DNA of 63,308 bases, filler included, from Reticulomyxa filosa (Eukaryota; Protista; Foraminifera): NCBI GenBank assembly GCA_000512085.1. It is 17 parts of 17 records of this genome, joined end to end, with 100 filler letters (N's around TTAATTAATTAA, not from the genome) between each part and the next. Parts side by side here need not be neighbours in the genome. Positions count along the whole stretch, not along the records: positions 8,136 to 14,523 come from ASPP01013500.1; positions 14,624 to 20,596 come from ASPP01026901.1; positions 20,697 to 22,144 come from ASPP01016122.1; positions 22,245 to 24,661 come from ASPP01026497.1; 13 more parts are not named here. One strand, 5' to 3'. This document shows positions 12,307 to 24,661 of the stretch, piece by piece. How positions within the stretch are numbered: the stretch's first letter is position 1; each line of letters opens with the position of its first letter. Under the pieces are notes generated by a model, which was not told the origin of the DNA, searched no databases, and was given only the letters and a program-made list of their open reading frames with translations. A program made the position numbers and the translations under genes.

Positions 12307-13754
12307 TTATGTTTCTTCGATATATTCTCTCTCTGTAATGTACTTGAGTTCTCGTTGAACACGATTCTCATTTTGTTTCGAGTATTTGTTGTGATCTCTA
12401 AGTATTCGTTCAACTAGGTCTTGTGTTTTCAAATTTGATTCCAAATCTGTCAATTTTTCTACTTTTACGAGATCTTTTACTCCATAATATCGTTGCAGAT
12501 CGTTTGGACATAACTGTAGTGTTTGTCATATTATTCATTCTGTGCACCGGATCGATAAGGCCAATGGCACACGTCATAAAAAAAGGGAGGGGGAGAAGAA
12601 GAGGAAAATTGGAAGGGAAAGATTATCAACTACAACATTCTCAGCAATACCCAAGACACGAATGTTCAACACATTGACCATATCACGTGAAACAACCCAA
12701 GGACAGCCAATGACAACCTCATCAACATAACGGCAGCTAAGAACATTTAAAGTTCTCTCTTGCAAACTCATCATAGGCCAGTATTTGCCTTGCTTTTCAC
12801 GGATGGTTGTGTCATCATACAATCCAACGTATAGAAATGTGCCTAAACTTTTCGCTCTTTTTTTTTTTTTTTATTTTAATTTTTTTTACATAGTTTTTTT
12901 GGAGAAAAAAAAAAAAAGAATTTTTTCAATAAAAACTTTTTTAAAGCCGCCACATGGCCAGGATGAAACAAATCCCACGAGCCATCAATGTAAACTACAA
13001 CGTCATCAGCTTGAGGAACTCGATGATTGGAAAAAGCAGAAATGCGATGCGATGTCGCAAGGAACTGTGACCAACTTACGACACTAGCATTTGCTTCATC
13101 GTCTTCTTCGGCTTGTTTTTGTTTTTTTTTTTTTGGCTCACGATTACGTTTTTCATGGTTCACAGCCAAGAGCAATCGTTCAATCAATGCGGTAGTGGAT
13201 ACTCCAGGTGTCCGTTTAAATATTTTCAATCGATTCATCACTGCCGCATAGGCCGATTGACCTGTTGCATCATGTGGGATATCGTCACCATGCGCAACGT
13301 AATCTGCTCGTACTTGAGAACTGTCCAACAATTCCACCGTCGGTGAATAAGGAACATCAAACACAACTTCATCTGTCCATTTGCATGCTCGCACCATTGC
13401 CATTCGTTCTTCATCGTTCATTACAGGTTCCCGTTTATTTCTAGCAATTTCTTTGTCACTGTGTACTCCGACGATAAGTATGTCGCCTAATCCCTTTATT
13501 TTTATTTTTTTTTTTTTTGTGATTGAATAAAGCTTATCAATCAAATTTTTTTTTTATCAAAAAAAAACTTTGGCTTGTCGAATCGCATTATAATGGCCTG
13601 AATGCATGACATCCCAGCATCCGTCAAGATAAATCCTTACTGGCCTACCATTTATGCTATCGATATGACGTGGAGATGACACTACTCCATCTACAGTGTT
13701 GTCATTTCCAAACACAAAAAGTGTTCCCGTCAATACTTTTTTTTTAGCTGACAT
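12307..13754 (-). CDS. PCYT2: Ethanolamine-phosphate cytidylyltransferase (two cytidylyltransferase domains), multi-exon
   Basis: Two HxGH motifs (DGCWDVMHSGH; DGSWDLFHPGH), GDILIVGVHSD, RACKWTDEVV, RTPGVSTT and ERTLNVLSCRYVDEVVIG. ATG at 13754; stop after EYIEET at 12307. Confidence 0.93.
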
Positions 13755-14408
13755 GTTAAAACACACTTTGGTCAAGGTGGTCCTCACTGCTTTGTGATTT
13801 TTCTTTCAATTTCTCTTCTGTTTGTGAGTTGGATAATATCTGTTTACTCATTATTTCCAATATATCGAAAGTCGCAGAATGTTATTTTCAAAACAATAAA
13901 TTGAAAGACGGGAAAACTCTAACACTAGTTGCTGCAGAATTTAAATTCGGTTGTTTTTTAAATATTAAATAATGTTTGTAAATTGAATCAACTTAACTTG
14001 AACATAAACGTCATTTCACAATATTCCATCATTCCAGAAACTAAAACTCAAGGAAAATAATAATTAAAAAAAATTACAAGCCATGCACAAGCGGGCTACG
14101 CATTACATTAAAAAATATAACATACAACAAAAAAAAAAGAAAAACAAGTACTATTTTCTCAATGTAATCCTTACAGCTTACAAAAAAACAAACTTTAACA
14201 TTTTGTAATTTCCAAGTAATAGCTCAGTCATCAACTTCAGAAAAAAAAATGAATAATGTTTTGAAAAACCGGCTCACTGCAATCACAGTGGCTGAAGGGT
14301 CCATCATATGATGAAGGGGGGGGTGGGAATTAGGAGGATTGGACGTTAATTTAAAAAATTTGAATGGGGGAGGACAGTTGTCTGTTTTTACAGTGGCTGT
14401 CGAGTGAG

Positions 14409-14497
14409 CAAAAAAAATGAATAAATAAAAAAAACTTATTTAAGCGTCACTGAAGTGACGTCAAAATATTTTTTTTTTATTTATTCATTTTTTTTTG
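14409..14497. repeat. Inverted repeat / hairpin with GC-rich core CGTCAC-TGAA-GTGACG
   Basis: caaaaaaaatgaataaataaaaaaaa pairs with ttttttttatttattcattttttttg, enclosing a 6-bp inner stem. Confidence 0.7.
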
Positions 14498-17169
14498 TGT
14501 GTTATTTTGAATTTTTGTTTTTTNNNNNNNNNNNNNNNNNNNNNNNNNNNNNNNNNNNNNNNNNNNNTTAATTAATTAANNNNNNNNNNNNNNNNNNNNN
14601 NNNNNNNNNNNNNNNNNNNNNNNCCCACCCCTGGAATGTTCAGAAATTATGGTTTTGTTGCAACTGTAGCAAGTTGAAGATTTACATGTTTTGATAATGT
14701 GTCATATGTTGATTGTGTTGCACCTAACTGTGATATTTTTTTGTTTTTGGTATCAAACATTTTTCCCACTTGTGATAATTCCGAAAAAGGAACACTCAAA
14801 TTGAATCGTTGATAACTTTGTTATTCTTTGTTTTTTTTGGATAGTCAAAGTATTGAAGTATTAAATTTGAAATGTTTTGAATGAGTTTTTAACTGCTTGT
14901 TTGATCGCAATACAATGATAAAATAAAAACATGGCCCAATCAAAAAAGTTTTAGGTAAAAAAGTGCTAACAAAAAATTAATACGTATATTAACATTGGAA
15001 ACTTCGTTGTGACAATTGACCCCCCATTGCTGTGATGATTTTCTTGAAATTCTATGTACTTATTATTATGATCTATCAATTTCGATCGATGAACAAAAAA
15101 AGGATATATGATCGAATATCTGATTTTTTTGTTTATTAATAATTTCATTTATTATTCACTTTCGAAACAAACATTAACAAAATTAGTATTCTCACTTCGT
15201 TGTGAAGATAGATATACAATGTCAGTCTGAATATTGCCAATGTCAGGAGAGATCACAATAGACAAGTGTATTTGTTTGGCCGTGATGACAGCACCTTTTT
15301 TTCAAATGATGTCGTTATTTTAAGGTCTTATATTCGTACTGACTAGCTTCTTTCTTTTTGGCAGCTGTTACATTTTTGCTGAGGAATACATTGGTGAAGG
15401 AACTCTCGATATTATATATGTTTGGCCTATTATGTTGTTTGAAGAGAGGAGCCAAACCACATTCGTAATATCCAAGAGAACTTTTTCTAAAAAGGGAAAA
15501 CCTTTTCTCTGGAAGAGAAAAACCATTACTCAAAAAGTAGGATTATTCCAAAAAAAAATTTTTAATTTCAATCTGTGGTTAATCTGTTTTTAGAATCACA
15601 AATCAAAAATGAAATAACATTAAAAATTGAACAATTCTTTTTTTCAAGTTGTTTTGTCAAAACATTCCAAACAATTGCAAATTTACATCTTTTTTTATAA
15701 GCATTTATGAATTGTATATTTATGTCTTACTCAAGAAAAAAAGGTCTTTTTTTTTTTTTCTTTGGTTGTCTGTTCTCTCTAGTACCAATCCGTAATTAGG
15801 GTGCTAATCGCCCTCTTAGCAACACACTGGTATGTCTTTATTCTTTTTTTAATTATTTTCAGCTTAAAAAAGTTGTTTTGTTTTTTTCTTTTGAACAGAC
15901 CGCAAACTCTTATATAAAAAAAAGATGACTTTTTTGTTTGGATGCTATGCATCATTCACCAAGGAAAAAATAAATAAATTTGAATATGGGGTAAGGCCCC
16001 CCGTCTCCGCAAGGAGTACAAAAGGTTTGGTATATGTTTATTATAATTTTTTTTAATACAACTGATTTTGTTTTTTCATTAATAGCCGCAACCTGTCTGT
16101 CCAAAAAAAAAATTTTTGTACGTCCCCACCACCACTACAAACAAAGAAAAACTTCGGGGTTGAAGCCACCCCGCGTTAAAAAAAAATGAAATGGTTTGTA
16201 TCTCACATTTTTTTTATTTTTATTTTTTTTAATAAATGTTTGTGTGTTTGTTATAGGCATGCCCCCATCAACAAAAAATTTTATATGCTCCCTCCCCGTT
16301 ACAAAAGAAAAAATATATAGGTAGATTGGAATTGGGGCTTTAAGCCCAAGGTCAAAGTATGTTTTTGTTTTTTTCTTTAAAAAATGAAAAAACTGTTTAA
16401 TTTGTGAATGTGTTTATAGGATTGCAAGAGTCAAGAGAATTGGAAAGTTTTTTTATTTTTTATTTTTTATTTTTTTTTGAGATGAAAGGGAAGGGAAAAT
16501 TTGGGGAAAAGAAAAAGGGATGGGAAAAAGAAAAAGGGATGGGGAAAAAGAAAAAGGGATGGGGAAAAATGAATGGAAAAAAAGGGTGAAAAATTTTATT
16601 TAAGAAAATAGAAAAGAAAAATAAGAATATTAAAGAGGAAAAAAGAAAAATAAGAATATTAAAGAAAAAAAAAAAAAAAATGAATATATGAATGGGAAAA
16701 AAAAAAATTAAAAAGAGAAAAAAAGATAAAAAGTATAAAAAAATTAAAAAATTTGTAAGTGCGCATGAGCGCAGTGTTCAAAGAAGATAATGTCGTTCTC
16801 GACAAAGAGACGACATTGACAATGTTTTTTTTTTGTAGTTGGTCAGCTTTGGTGACCTGGAAAAGTTTGTTTTTGTTGATAATGTTGCCGATGGGAGTCA
16901 ATGGATTTGAAGTCAACTAATGATGACTAGAATGAAAGCAATGATCTATGGCCTTTGGAAAATTTGACTTGGACAATTTGGGCAATTACTTTGAATATCA
17001 AGATTTCGTGCCCACATGACAGCACAAAGGAAAAGTGGTATTTATAACCAAAGAAATAGTAGTTTTGATCTTCCATTAATGTGATCCAAACGAGCAAAGC
17101 GGTAACTTGCGTGGAGAAAATTACTTGAGCACCTGAAGGATATGTATGATGTGTCAATGTCGACAAAAT

Positions 17170-20100
17170 CAATGAAAAGATTTCGGATTAGCACAAAGTC
17201 GAAACTAAAAAGATGGACCAAAAGTAAAAAAAAATCGCATCAAAATCGAAGTCGTGCAGCATGTTTAAATCAAAGTAGTGATGTGCTATTGTAAGCTTTT
17301 ATCTCAAAAGACTTTTCGGATAAAGTGGACATGATGCAGTTGGACGATTGGTATTACAATGCATACGACTACAATGTAGACAACAAGAAATGCTTTACCG
17401 CTGGCAAAGGTCCGGATTCTTTGTTCGACCAGGAAGCGTCTACATGGTGATACGCCAAGACGAAGAAAAAAGATTACATAATCGTTGTCGGTGATGGCGT
17501 AAATTGGTGATCGCGAGTTTGAACAGCACGTACGAAGACTGGAGCTACGTTTCATTGGAACCAACTGGCACTAGTGAAATTATTAGTATTTGACTTTGTG
17601 TTATTTCTTGATTGTAATAATAAACAAATAAATATATATTTATATGTTTATACGTATTATTATTTATAATTAACTTGTTTTTGTGATCAGGATTCGATTT
17701 GTGAGATGTAAATGCAAAAGATGGAACAATTGGCGAAAAGTGATGTTTAATTTATAATGGCCGTTGGTATTTTGCACGCAGAACGACAGTATCAAATGCA
17801 GTGATTCGACAAAAAGGGCACCATGCAAATTGAAAGCTTGCAAAGCAGGACGAACTTCAATGACCTAGTGGTAAAGATGATTTAGTACACACAAGAAAAA
17901 CAACGATGAATGTGCAATTGTACAACAACAATAAAAAGAAAGAGAAGAAATACTTGTAAATGAATGAAGAAAACGTGGCCCCATCGTTTGAATTGGAAAT
18001 CCATCAAATTCTGTCCATTGATGATTGATCCAAATGCGTTTAATAGTACCATGTTCGAACAAGACGGCAAGATTGAACCGCTTGTTTCTTAGGAAAAGCT
18101 GATTTCAAAGGTCAAATTGTCACTGCAATTGAGTTGGACGAGCGGCAGACCTATTCAAATAATCGAGCTTAAAGAATTCATGGCCATGCGCATTGACAAG
18201 ACGGATCAGGATGCATTGAGTGGGTTTTGCTGCTTGGACTTGGGTTAGTACGACAGAGTCCAGTCCCGATTCCAGTCTGTCCCAACTTACAAAGTCGACG
18301 ACAAAATAAAAATGATTCATGCCAAAATGAAGTGAGAACCAATTCATTTGATTTAGCAAACGCGATGGAATGGTCATTTTGGGATTGCTCAATGGATAAA
18401 GGGGGCACATGACCGATAAAGGGTGCACACGACGGATAAAGGGGCGCATGACGGAAAATTCAAAGTCGTGGGAGTTACCAACGGTGACCGTGGTAAGGTC
18501 GACACAAGAAGCAAAAACGTCAAAGTTGGCGGTCGTGCTCGTGAAGGTGTGTGAAATGGGTTGGCGGACTGACTTTAGTCGCAGCGAGAAACAGGACCCG
18601 AATTCGATGATTGACTGGTCAATGGTTATAATGGAAGAAATAACCCAAGTTCACAACAACAGCAAAAAAAGGCCCTACTTACTTTGTATTACCATATTTG
18701 TGCGTGTTTCAATACAGTGTACGAAACAGTGAATACTTGCTCGTCGATGTTACGAGCAAACATGATATTGAACGGAAGCAATGACGAAATATCTTTGTCT
18801 TCAATCGCTTTTTTGATATCGTCCAAAGAGCAAGAACGCGAGGAAGAAGCAGAAATGAATAAAGATGAAGACGACAAAGCCTAACATGGACACGTAAAAA
18901 GCGTAGTGGTAAATTTCGTCGACGTGGCTGTCGGTGATGGAGTTTGAATCTAGAGAAGAAAGATATGTGCCTTGCGCTATCTTGCAATATAGAATTTTCC
19001 AATGAAAAAATTATTGGAATTGAGTTAGATAGCTGGTATCATAACGCAGCTGATGGAACTGTGCGAGGAAAGACAGGTTTCAAAGTTAGCTTTAATTTAT
19101 TTGTTTATTTGTTCTTGTCTTATTTTAATTTTATCTTATTCACTCTAGTACGCTCCCGAATACAATTTCGTTGTGGAGAATCTAGGACCAGTGGTATAGT
19201 TTATTTATTTGCTTTTAGAGAAAAAAAGTCCTTGATTATTGTTGGATTTTATTTTTGATGTTAGAAAGCAAACTACCTGCAGCAATGATAACGACTTTGA
19301 TGACGAAGACGATACAACAACATCTCCAGCAAGCGCCATAATCGAAAATCCAATTCAAAGATCGAACATTACGTAAAGTTATCTCGAGGAAAAGTAAAAG
19401 TGGTAAAGTATATTGGAGAAGCCGATTTGGAGTTGGACACATGGAACCTTTACGGCACAATGGCACAGCGTGGGGAAAGAAATATTTTGAGGGTCAATGT
19501 ATGTCGTGGCCATTTCATGCAAGAAGCTCAATTTCTCAAGTGGTGATTCCTTTGGTGAAGTCATTGGGTCCGGAAACCTCCCAATGCGACCTTCCAGTTG
19601 AAACCATTAAAAACCCGACAGTTGTATAGTTTTCGTCAGTGGAGGGGGCGGTAAGTATCAAATACATTGGTTATCCTCCTTTTGCCGAGAGTGAAGTTAT
19701 TTGTATTTAATTAGATTTGTTTTTGTGGGAATAATTCTTTTTAATGTGTAACACTATGTTGTGTTTTCTTTATAGATGTATGGACTCCTGGTGCTCATGA
19801 CAATATGTACAACAAATACTGCTACTTTCAGGTGTTTTTTTTTTGTTTGTTTTGTTGTGCAATATTTGTTTGAAGTCAAAAGACGTATATCAGATGAAAG
19901 AGACTTTGGTTCGAATGTAAAATGTAGTGTCCCAGGAAAATAGGTACGTTTACCAAAACGAAGATCAATTGTCGCGACTCAATCGATTTTTGAAGTGGAA
20001 ACCGCAGAGACGACGAAAGGGAAGAAAATACAGTATTGGACAACAGGTGCAAATTGAAACGGGAAAAAAAAAGAGTTAATCTGACATTTTTTTTTTTTTT

Positions 20101-20596
20101 TTTTTCAAACGATGTGCAATGCTAAACTTTGAAATTTGAAAAAATAGACAACGCAATACATGAGAAAAGATACGAAATGATAGAACGTATACAGCATTGA
20201 AGTTAGATGGAAAAAATACCTGAATGACCGACGGGTAGTACATACTTTACATGCAGGTTTGTTATTATTTATAAACTGCTATTGGAGATAGAAGAGATAG
20301 GAAGGACAAATGAACAAAATAAAATTTAATATTTTGCTTTTTTTTTTTAAAAAAAAAAAAAAAAGACACATGGATGGTGGTATTATTTGTGCGGAAACAT
20401 GTGAGCAAATGGCAATCGACGAAGACGGTGTTCAAAATACAGCGTAAGAGGTCGAGTGAAATTGAGCCTTATACATCATATCATGGGCATATAAAATATA
20501 TTGAAGAAATAGACGAAGAAGAAATGTATGGACCAGAAAATCAATAAATGCTAAAGTGGGACAAACAATGCGCTTCAGTGTGAAGTACGGACATAG
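17170..20596 (+). pseudogene. Decayed multi-CAP-Gly-domain gene
   Basis: Repeated broken CAP-Gly-like pieces: QLDDWYYNAYDYNVDNKKCF (~17335), IGDR...RFIG (~17500), AIELDE (~18125), IIGIELDSWYHNAADGTVRGK (~19010), HNGTAWGKKYF (~19460), YSIGQQVQIETG (~20030) and GHIKYIEE (~20485). Many stops and frameshifts. Confidence 0.55.
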
Positions 20597-20733
20597 NNNN
20601 NNNNNNNNNNNNNNNNNNNNNNNNNNNNNNNNNNNNNNNNTTAATTAATTAANNNNNNNNNNNNNNNNNNNNNNNNNNNNNNNNNNNNNNNNNNNNATTA
20701 TCCACCTTTTTTTTTTTTTTTTTTGGTCAAAAG

Positions 20734-20985
20734 GCCAAAGACTTGCTGTCCCAAATGCTAATAAAAGATCCAAAGCAGCGCATTGATATACAAGGGGCAC
20801 TGGCTCATTCGTGGTTTGCTGATATTGAAATGGAAGCTTCTCAAATACACACTAATTTGAATGTTAGCTCCTTTTTAACTGGTAAGACAAGCTCAATGGC
20901 TCCCTCTGACACAGACAAACATGTGGAAGAAAAAACTTCTGATGAAGAGACAGGGGACATTCAAAATGCTCCAGCGGAACATTAG
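20734..20985 (+). CDS. Last exon of a Ser/Thr protein kinase (CAMK-like C-lobe end)
   Basis: AKDLLSQMLIKDPKQRIDIQGALAHSWF is kinase subdomain XI. It is preceded by a polypyrimidine tract and AG acceptor. Confidence 0.8.
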   Translation, partial: AKDLLSQMLIKDPKQRIDIQGALAHSWFADIEMEASQIHTNLNVSSFLTGKTSSMAPSDTDKHVEEKTSDEETGDIQNAPAEH

Positions 20986-21603
20986 CCGCAATTTTAAGTT
21001 GGCGTGTGAAGGTGTGTCGTTTATCTTGCTTTTTTTTCTCATTTTCATATGTTGAATGATTTTGTGTTTCTAAATACTCTGATCAAAGTATTTTTCTTTA
21101 ATATCTCCAATGCTCCTTTCCAATTCAAACAAAAATGAAACAAACATACTGTAAATTTTTTCCATTGAATTTGCAAGCAAATTTCAACACTTCATTATAA
21201 AATTCGACAAAGTTGCTTAACAAAGCTTTCTGTTTGAGTTCATTGTTAATTTCCATTTTTTCAATTTGACATCAACAGCATTCAGTTTTTTGGACCGAAT
21301 TTGATATTTTTTCCTTTTTTGCTTGTTTGCAGTTTGCACTAGTCATGACATCATAATATTTACTCATTTATAAATGTTAGTCCTTATTTCAGATGTAGAT
21401 GTCTGTTGTCATTTGGATATTCCTTCTGCACGAATTTCAGTTTATCTTGTTACTATCGAATTTATAAAGTATGTAATCGCTGGATATGAAAAAAATTTTG
21501 CAATGAAAGCATTCCTTGTCTTATTGTTAAATTCAATGGAATGACAGTTGGCAATGACCATTGAAAAAGCAAAAGAAACGAAAAAAATTGACGAGTTTTC
21601 TTA

Positions 21604-22041
21604 ATGAAAACCGGCACCTTGCATTTAACTCGCACAATGTTAATGAGAACTAGCTTTTGTTTGCTTTTGACATCATTTCTTCTTTCAAAAGGGCAAGCAG
21701 ATGAAAATACATGCGATAGCTTTACTAGTTGTTACGAATGTACGGAATACGCGCCTGTACTAAATCTGAGTTGTGCGTGGCAACAATACGTTTTGAATAA
21801 TACCCAAGACCACAAAGTGATTGCTTCAGTCCAACAGCGATGCGTACCAGTCGATACGCAAAATCTTTCTTCAAGCTGTAGCACATGTTGCACGAAGCCT
21901 TATTGTTGCAATTGCTTGAAACAAAAAACATGTAAGGCTTGCGGCGGGCAGGGGTTGAATCAGAGCTGCACATGGGATCATTCGCTGCAATATTGCTTTG
22001 AATATACAACTTGTCCAGGTATAGCACAAAAATGGAGATAA
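21604..22041 (+). CDS. Secreted cysteine-rich protein with two PSI (plexin-repeat)-like modules; may continue past the contig end
   Basis: Signal-peptide-like MRTSFCLLLTSFLLSKGQA. CDSFTSCYEC...CAW...C and CLKQKTCKAC...CTW...C fit the C-x5-C-x2-C...C-x-W pattern. Confidence 0.6.
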   Translation: MKTGTLHLTRTMLMRTSFCLLLTSFLLSKGQADENTCDSFTSCYECTEYAPVLNLSCAWQQYVLNNTQDHKVIASVQQRCVPVDTQNLSSSCSTCCTKPYCCNCLKQKTCKACGGQGLNQSCTWDHSLQYCFEYTTCPGIAQKWR

Positions 22042-23635
22042 AACAAGGAAAGAAGGAATATTTCGAAAGAGAGAGAAGAAAAAAGGGAGGCTTAAAGGAA
22101 GGAAAGAAAAGTTCATGGACCCCGTGAACATATTTTTTTTTTTTNNNNNNNNNNNNNNNNNNNNNNNNNNNNNNNNNNNNNNNNNNNNTTAATTAATTAA
22201 NNNNNNNNNNNNNNNNNNNNNNNNNNNNNNNNNNNNNNNNNNNNACACAACAAGAACATAACAATTGACAGGAGCAATAAAAGTTGCACAACATTGTCAC
22301 GGGTTACTATCGAATATAGCAAAAGTGATTGCAGAAGAGAATGGAGAAATGTTGAAGTAAATTACATATTCTTTCATTGTATATGAATGTATGGAAACTA
22401 AACTCATGTTATAATAGAATATTATATCCTCAAGTTTGAATCATCATTTTCAATCCCAAGGTCAATTACATTCATTCCAGCCATCGATTTGCATCATTTG
22501 GCTACATATCCAGTTGGTTGGATATTTACGTCGAGTATGTTGTATGTGATTTCAAATGTCACACACAACATACATGCAAATTGATATGATTAATGGAGCA
22601 TATCAATATTGTGGTATGTTGGTGATTGGATTATTTTCCTGATACAAGAAAACTGTGCCGTCATCGTCAAGCAAGAATAGTAGCAAACCATCATATTATT
22701 CCATTCGATATTTCATTGACTCAATTGCCTTTAAAATAATAATTGTATGTGCAATTGCAAGAAACTGTTTTGTATTTATTTTGATTTATCAAAAAGCATG
22801 TATTATTTTGTCTTTTTTTAAAAATTAATTCGTTGTTTCTTTTATCTAATGATACAGGAACTAGAACACGCTAATGCCACAAGCAGTGGACTGATTGTGG
22901 AATTACAAATAAGAATAAAGACATGAACAAAAATGTTAGAGCCTGCCTGGTGAGCAATGATCAATAATGAAAACGGAAAAGTCCTTTGGATCATTGAACG
23001 CGTCAACAAATAAATCAATCGTTGGAAACCAAAGACCGAAAAAATATATGTTGAAACATTGGAAGCATCCACAAAAAGGTCAAAACTCGCTTTGAAGAAA
23101 TATTCGGCACTAAGATCATCGACAAAAAACTTAGTGGCGTTACAAACGTGCAGCTTGGATTTAGAGTTGTGTGATAATTTTAAACTTGTTGGTTTTTTTT
23201 ATTTTTATTTCTTTTGTTTGAAGTTCCTTAGCAAAAGTGTATCCTTTTCAATACTTTTTAAAAAATTATTCAAAAAATGATATGTTTTGAATTTTGTTCT
23301 AAAGACCGTAGCACATCGTAGACATAGAATTCATTCAATTCGTACCCAAGGAAAAGTCTCAACAAGTGAAACAATAAAATCTTTCTCAATAGTTTGCAAA
23401 ACTATTAATTGCACTTAATTTACGAGTTTCACGAAAATTAAGTTTTTGGAAATTTTTTTATCTAATACAATCTTTATTTATTTTACAAAAATTTACAAAC
23501 TCGTAAAAAGTTGGTAATTTCAGTGATGAAAAAAATTTTTATTTAGCAAAGTAATTTAAATAGTGTAGAGATAGGCAGTGATAAAAGAAAATCTGTAAAT
23601 AAATGAATAGAAAAATAAAAAATAGATAACAATTT

Positions 23636-24617
23636 TTAACAAATATCTTTCAACTGAATTGCTTGTAATTGGTTTGAAAAGGTACCACAAGCAATAAATC
23701 CGTGGGAAGTGTGAATATCAAAGCTGGTCAATTTATCGTTTAACTTGCATTTTCCGAGAATGCATTTCCTACGATCCTGGTGCTTTGAAGCGTTGTTTAC
23801 GCCCACATCGGCAATTACAAGATCATCGCCTAACGTGCCACAGGCCACTATTTCGTCGATTCCGTTCACTCCGTTAAAATTTTCAAAATTTCGAATTTCC
23901 CTTTTTCGGATCTTGGTTACTGTGTGAAACAAAAAAAAACGTGATTTCCATCCATCCGAAGAAATTGTCAAAGAAAAAAAAAAAAAAAGAGAGACATACG
24001 GAAAGAAACATCAAAGACATCTTGTTCTGTGGAATTGTATTGATTAATCTCCAACGTCTTTTCAATGGATTTGGAGTATAAATTGACATTGAGAATACTG
24101 CAATTTTGAAGTTGAATCAAGACACGGCCCGTGGACTCGATGAATATGGCATCATCGACTTGTGCTTTATTGATTTGATTGGTTTGAAGCACGTCAATTG
24201 CTCTCTTCCAGTCTGAGTTGGTCTTTGAGTCGTGATTTGAAAATGAAAAATCCCACAGATTCATGTTCTTCAATGTCTTTCGTTGGCGCATGTCCCATAT
24301 CTGTCAAAAAAAACAAAAAAAACACTCAACAAGCAAACACAATGACAATGACAATGGCAAATGGAGTTGAACTTCAATAGAGCCATTTTCTCGAATGAGA
24401 TATAAAGCTAATCCATCGTTACTCAAGCACATGGACTTGACACAAGACTTTCTTGTCGTTTTCTGGTCATAACCCAACAGCGCGATGTTTGAGTTGCTCA
24501 CTGTCGACCAAATGGGTAATGTTGGTGAAGAAGGAGAAGAAGAAGAAGAAGAATTGGAGTTCAATGACCAACAAAAAATATCTCCATATCGATTACTTCC
24601 TGGAAGTCTCCGGGAAC

Positions 24618-24649
<32 letters not shown>

Positions 24650-24661
24650 AAAAAAAAAAAA
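23636..24661 (-). CDS. Hypothetical beta-propeller (WD40-like) protein, 3' part, multi-exon
   Basis: VKSMCLSNDGLALYLIRENGSI and LTSFDIHTSHGFIACGTFSNQL are propeller-blade-like. Three ORF pieces are separated by short poly-T introns. Confidence 0.45.

Noticed and set aside
16480-16760. Purine-rich stretch with short direct repeats as a gene or telomere
   Set aside because: It is low-complexity A/G sequence with no constant unit and no credible reading frame.
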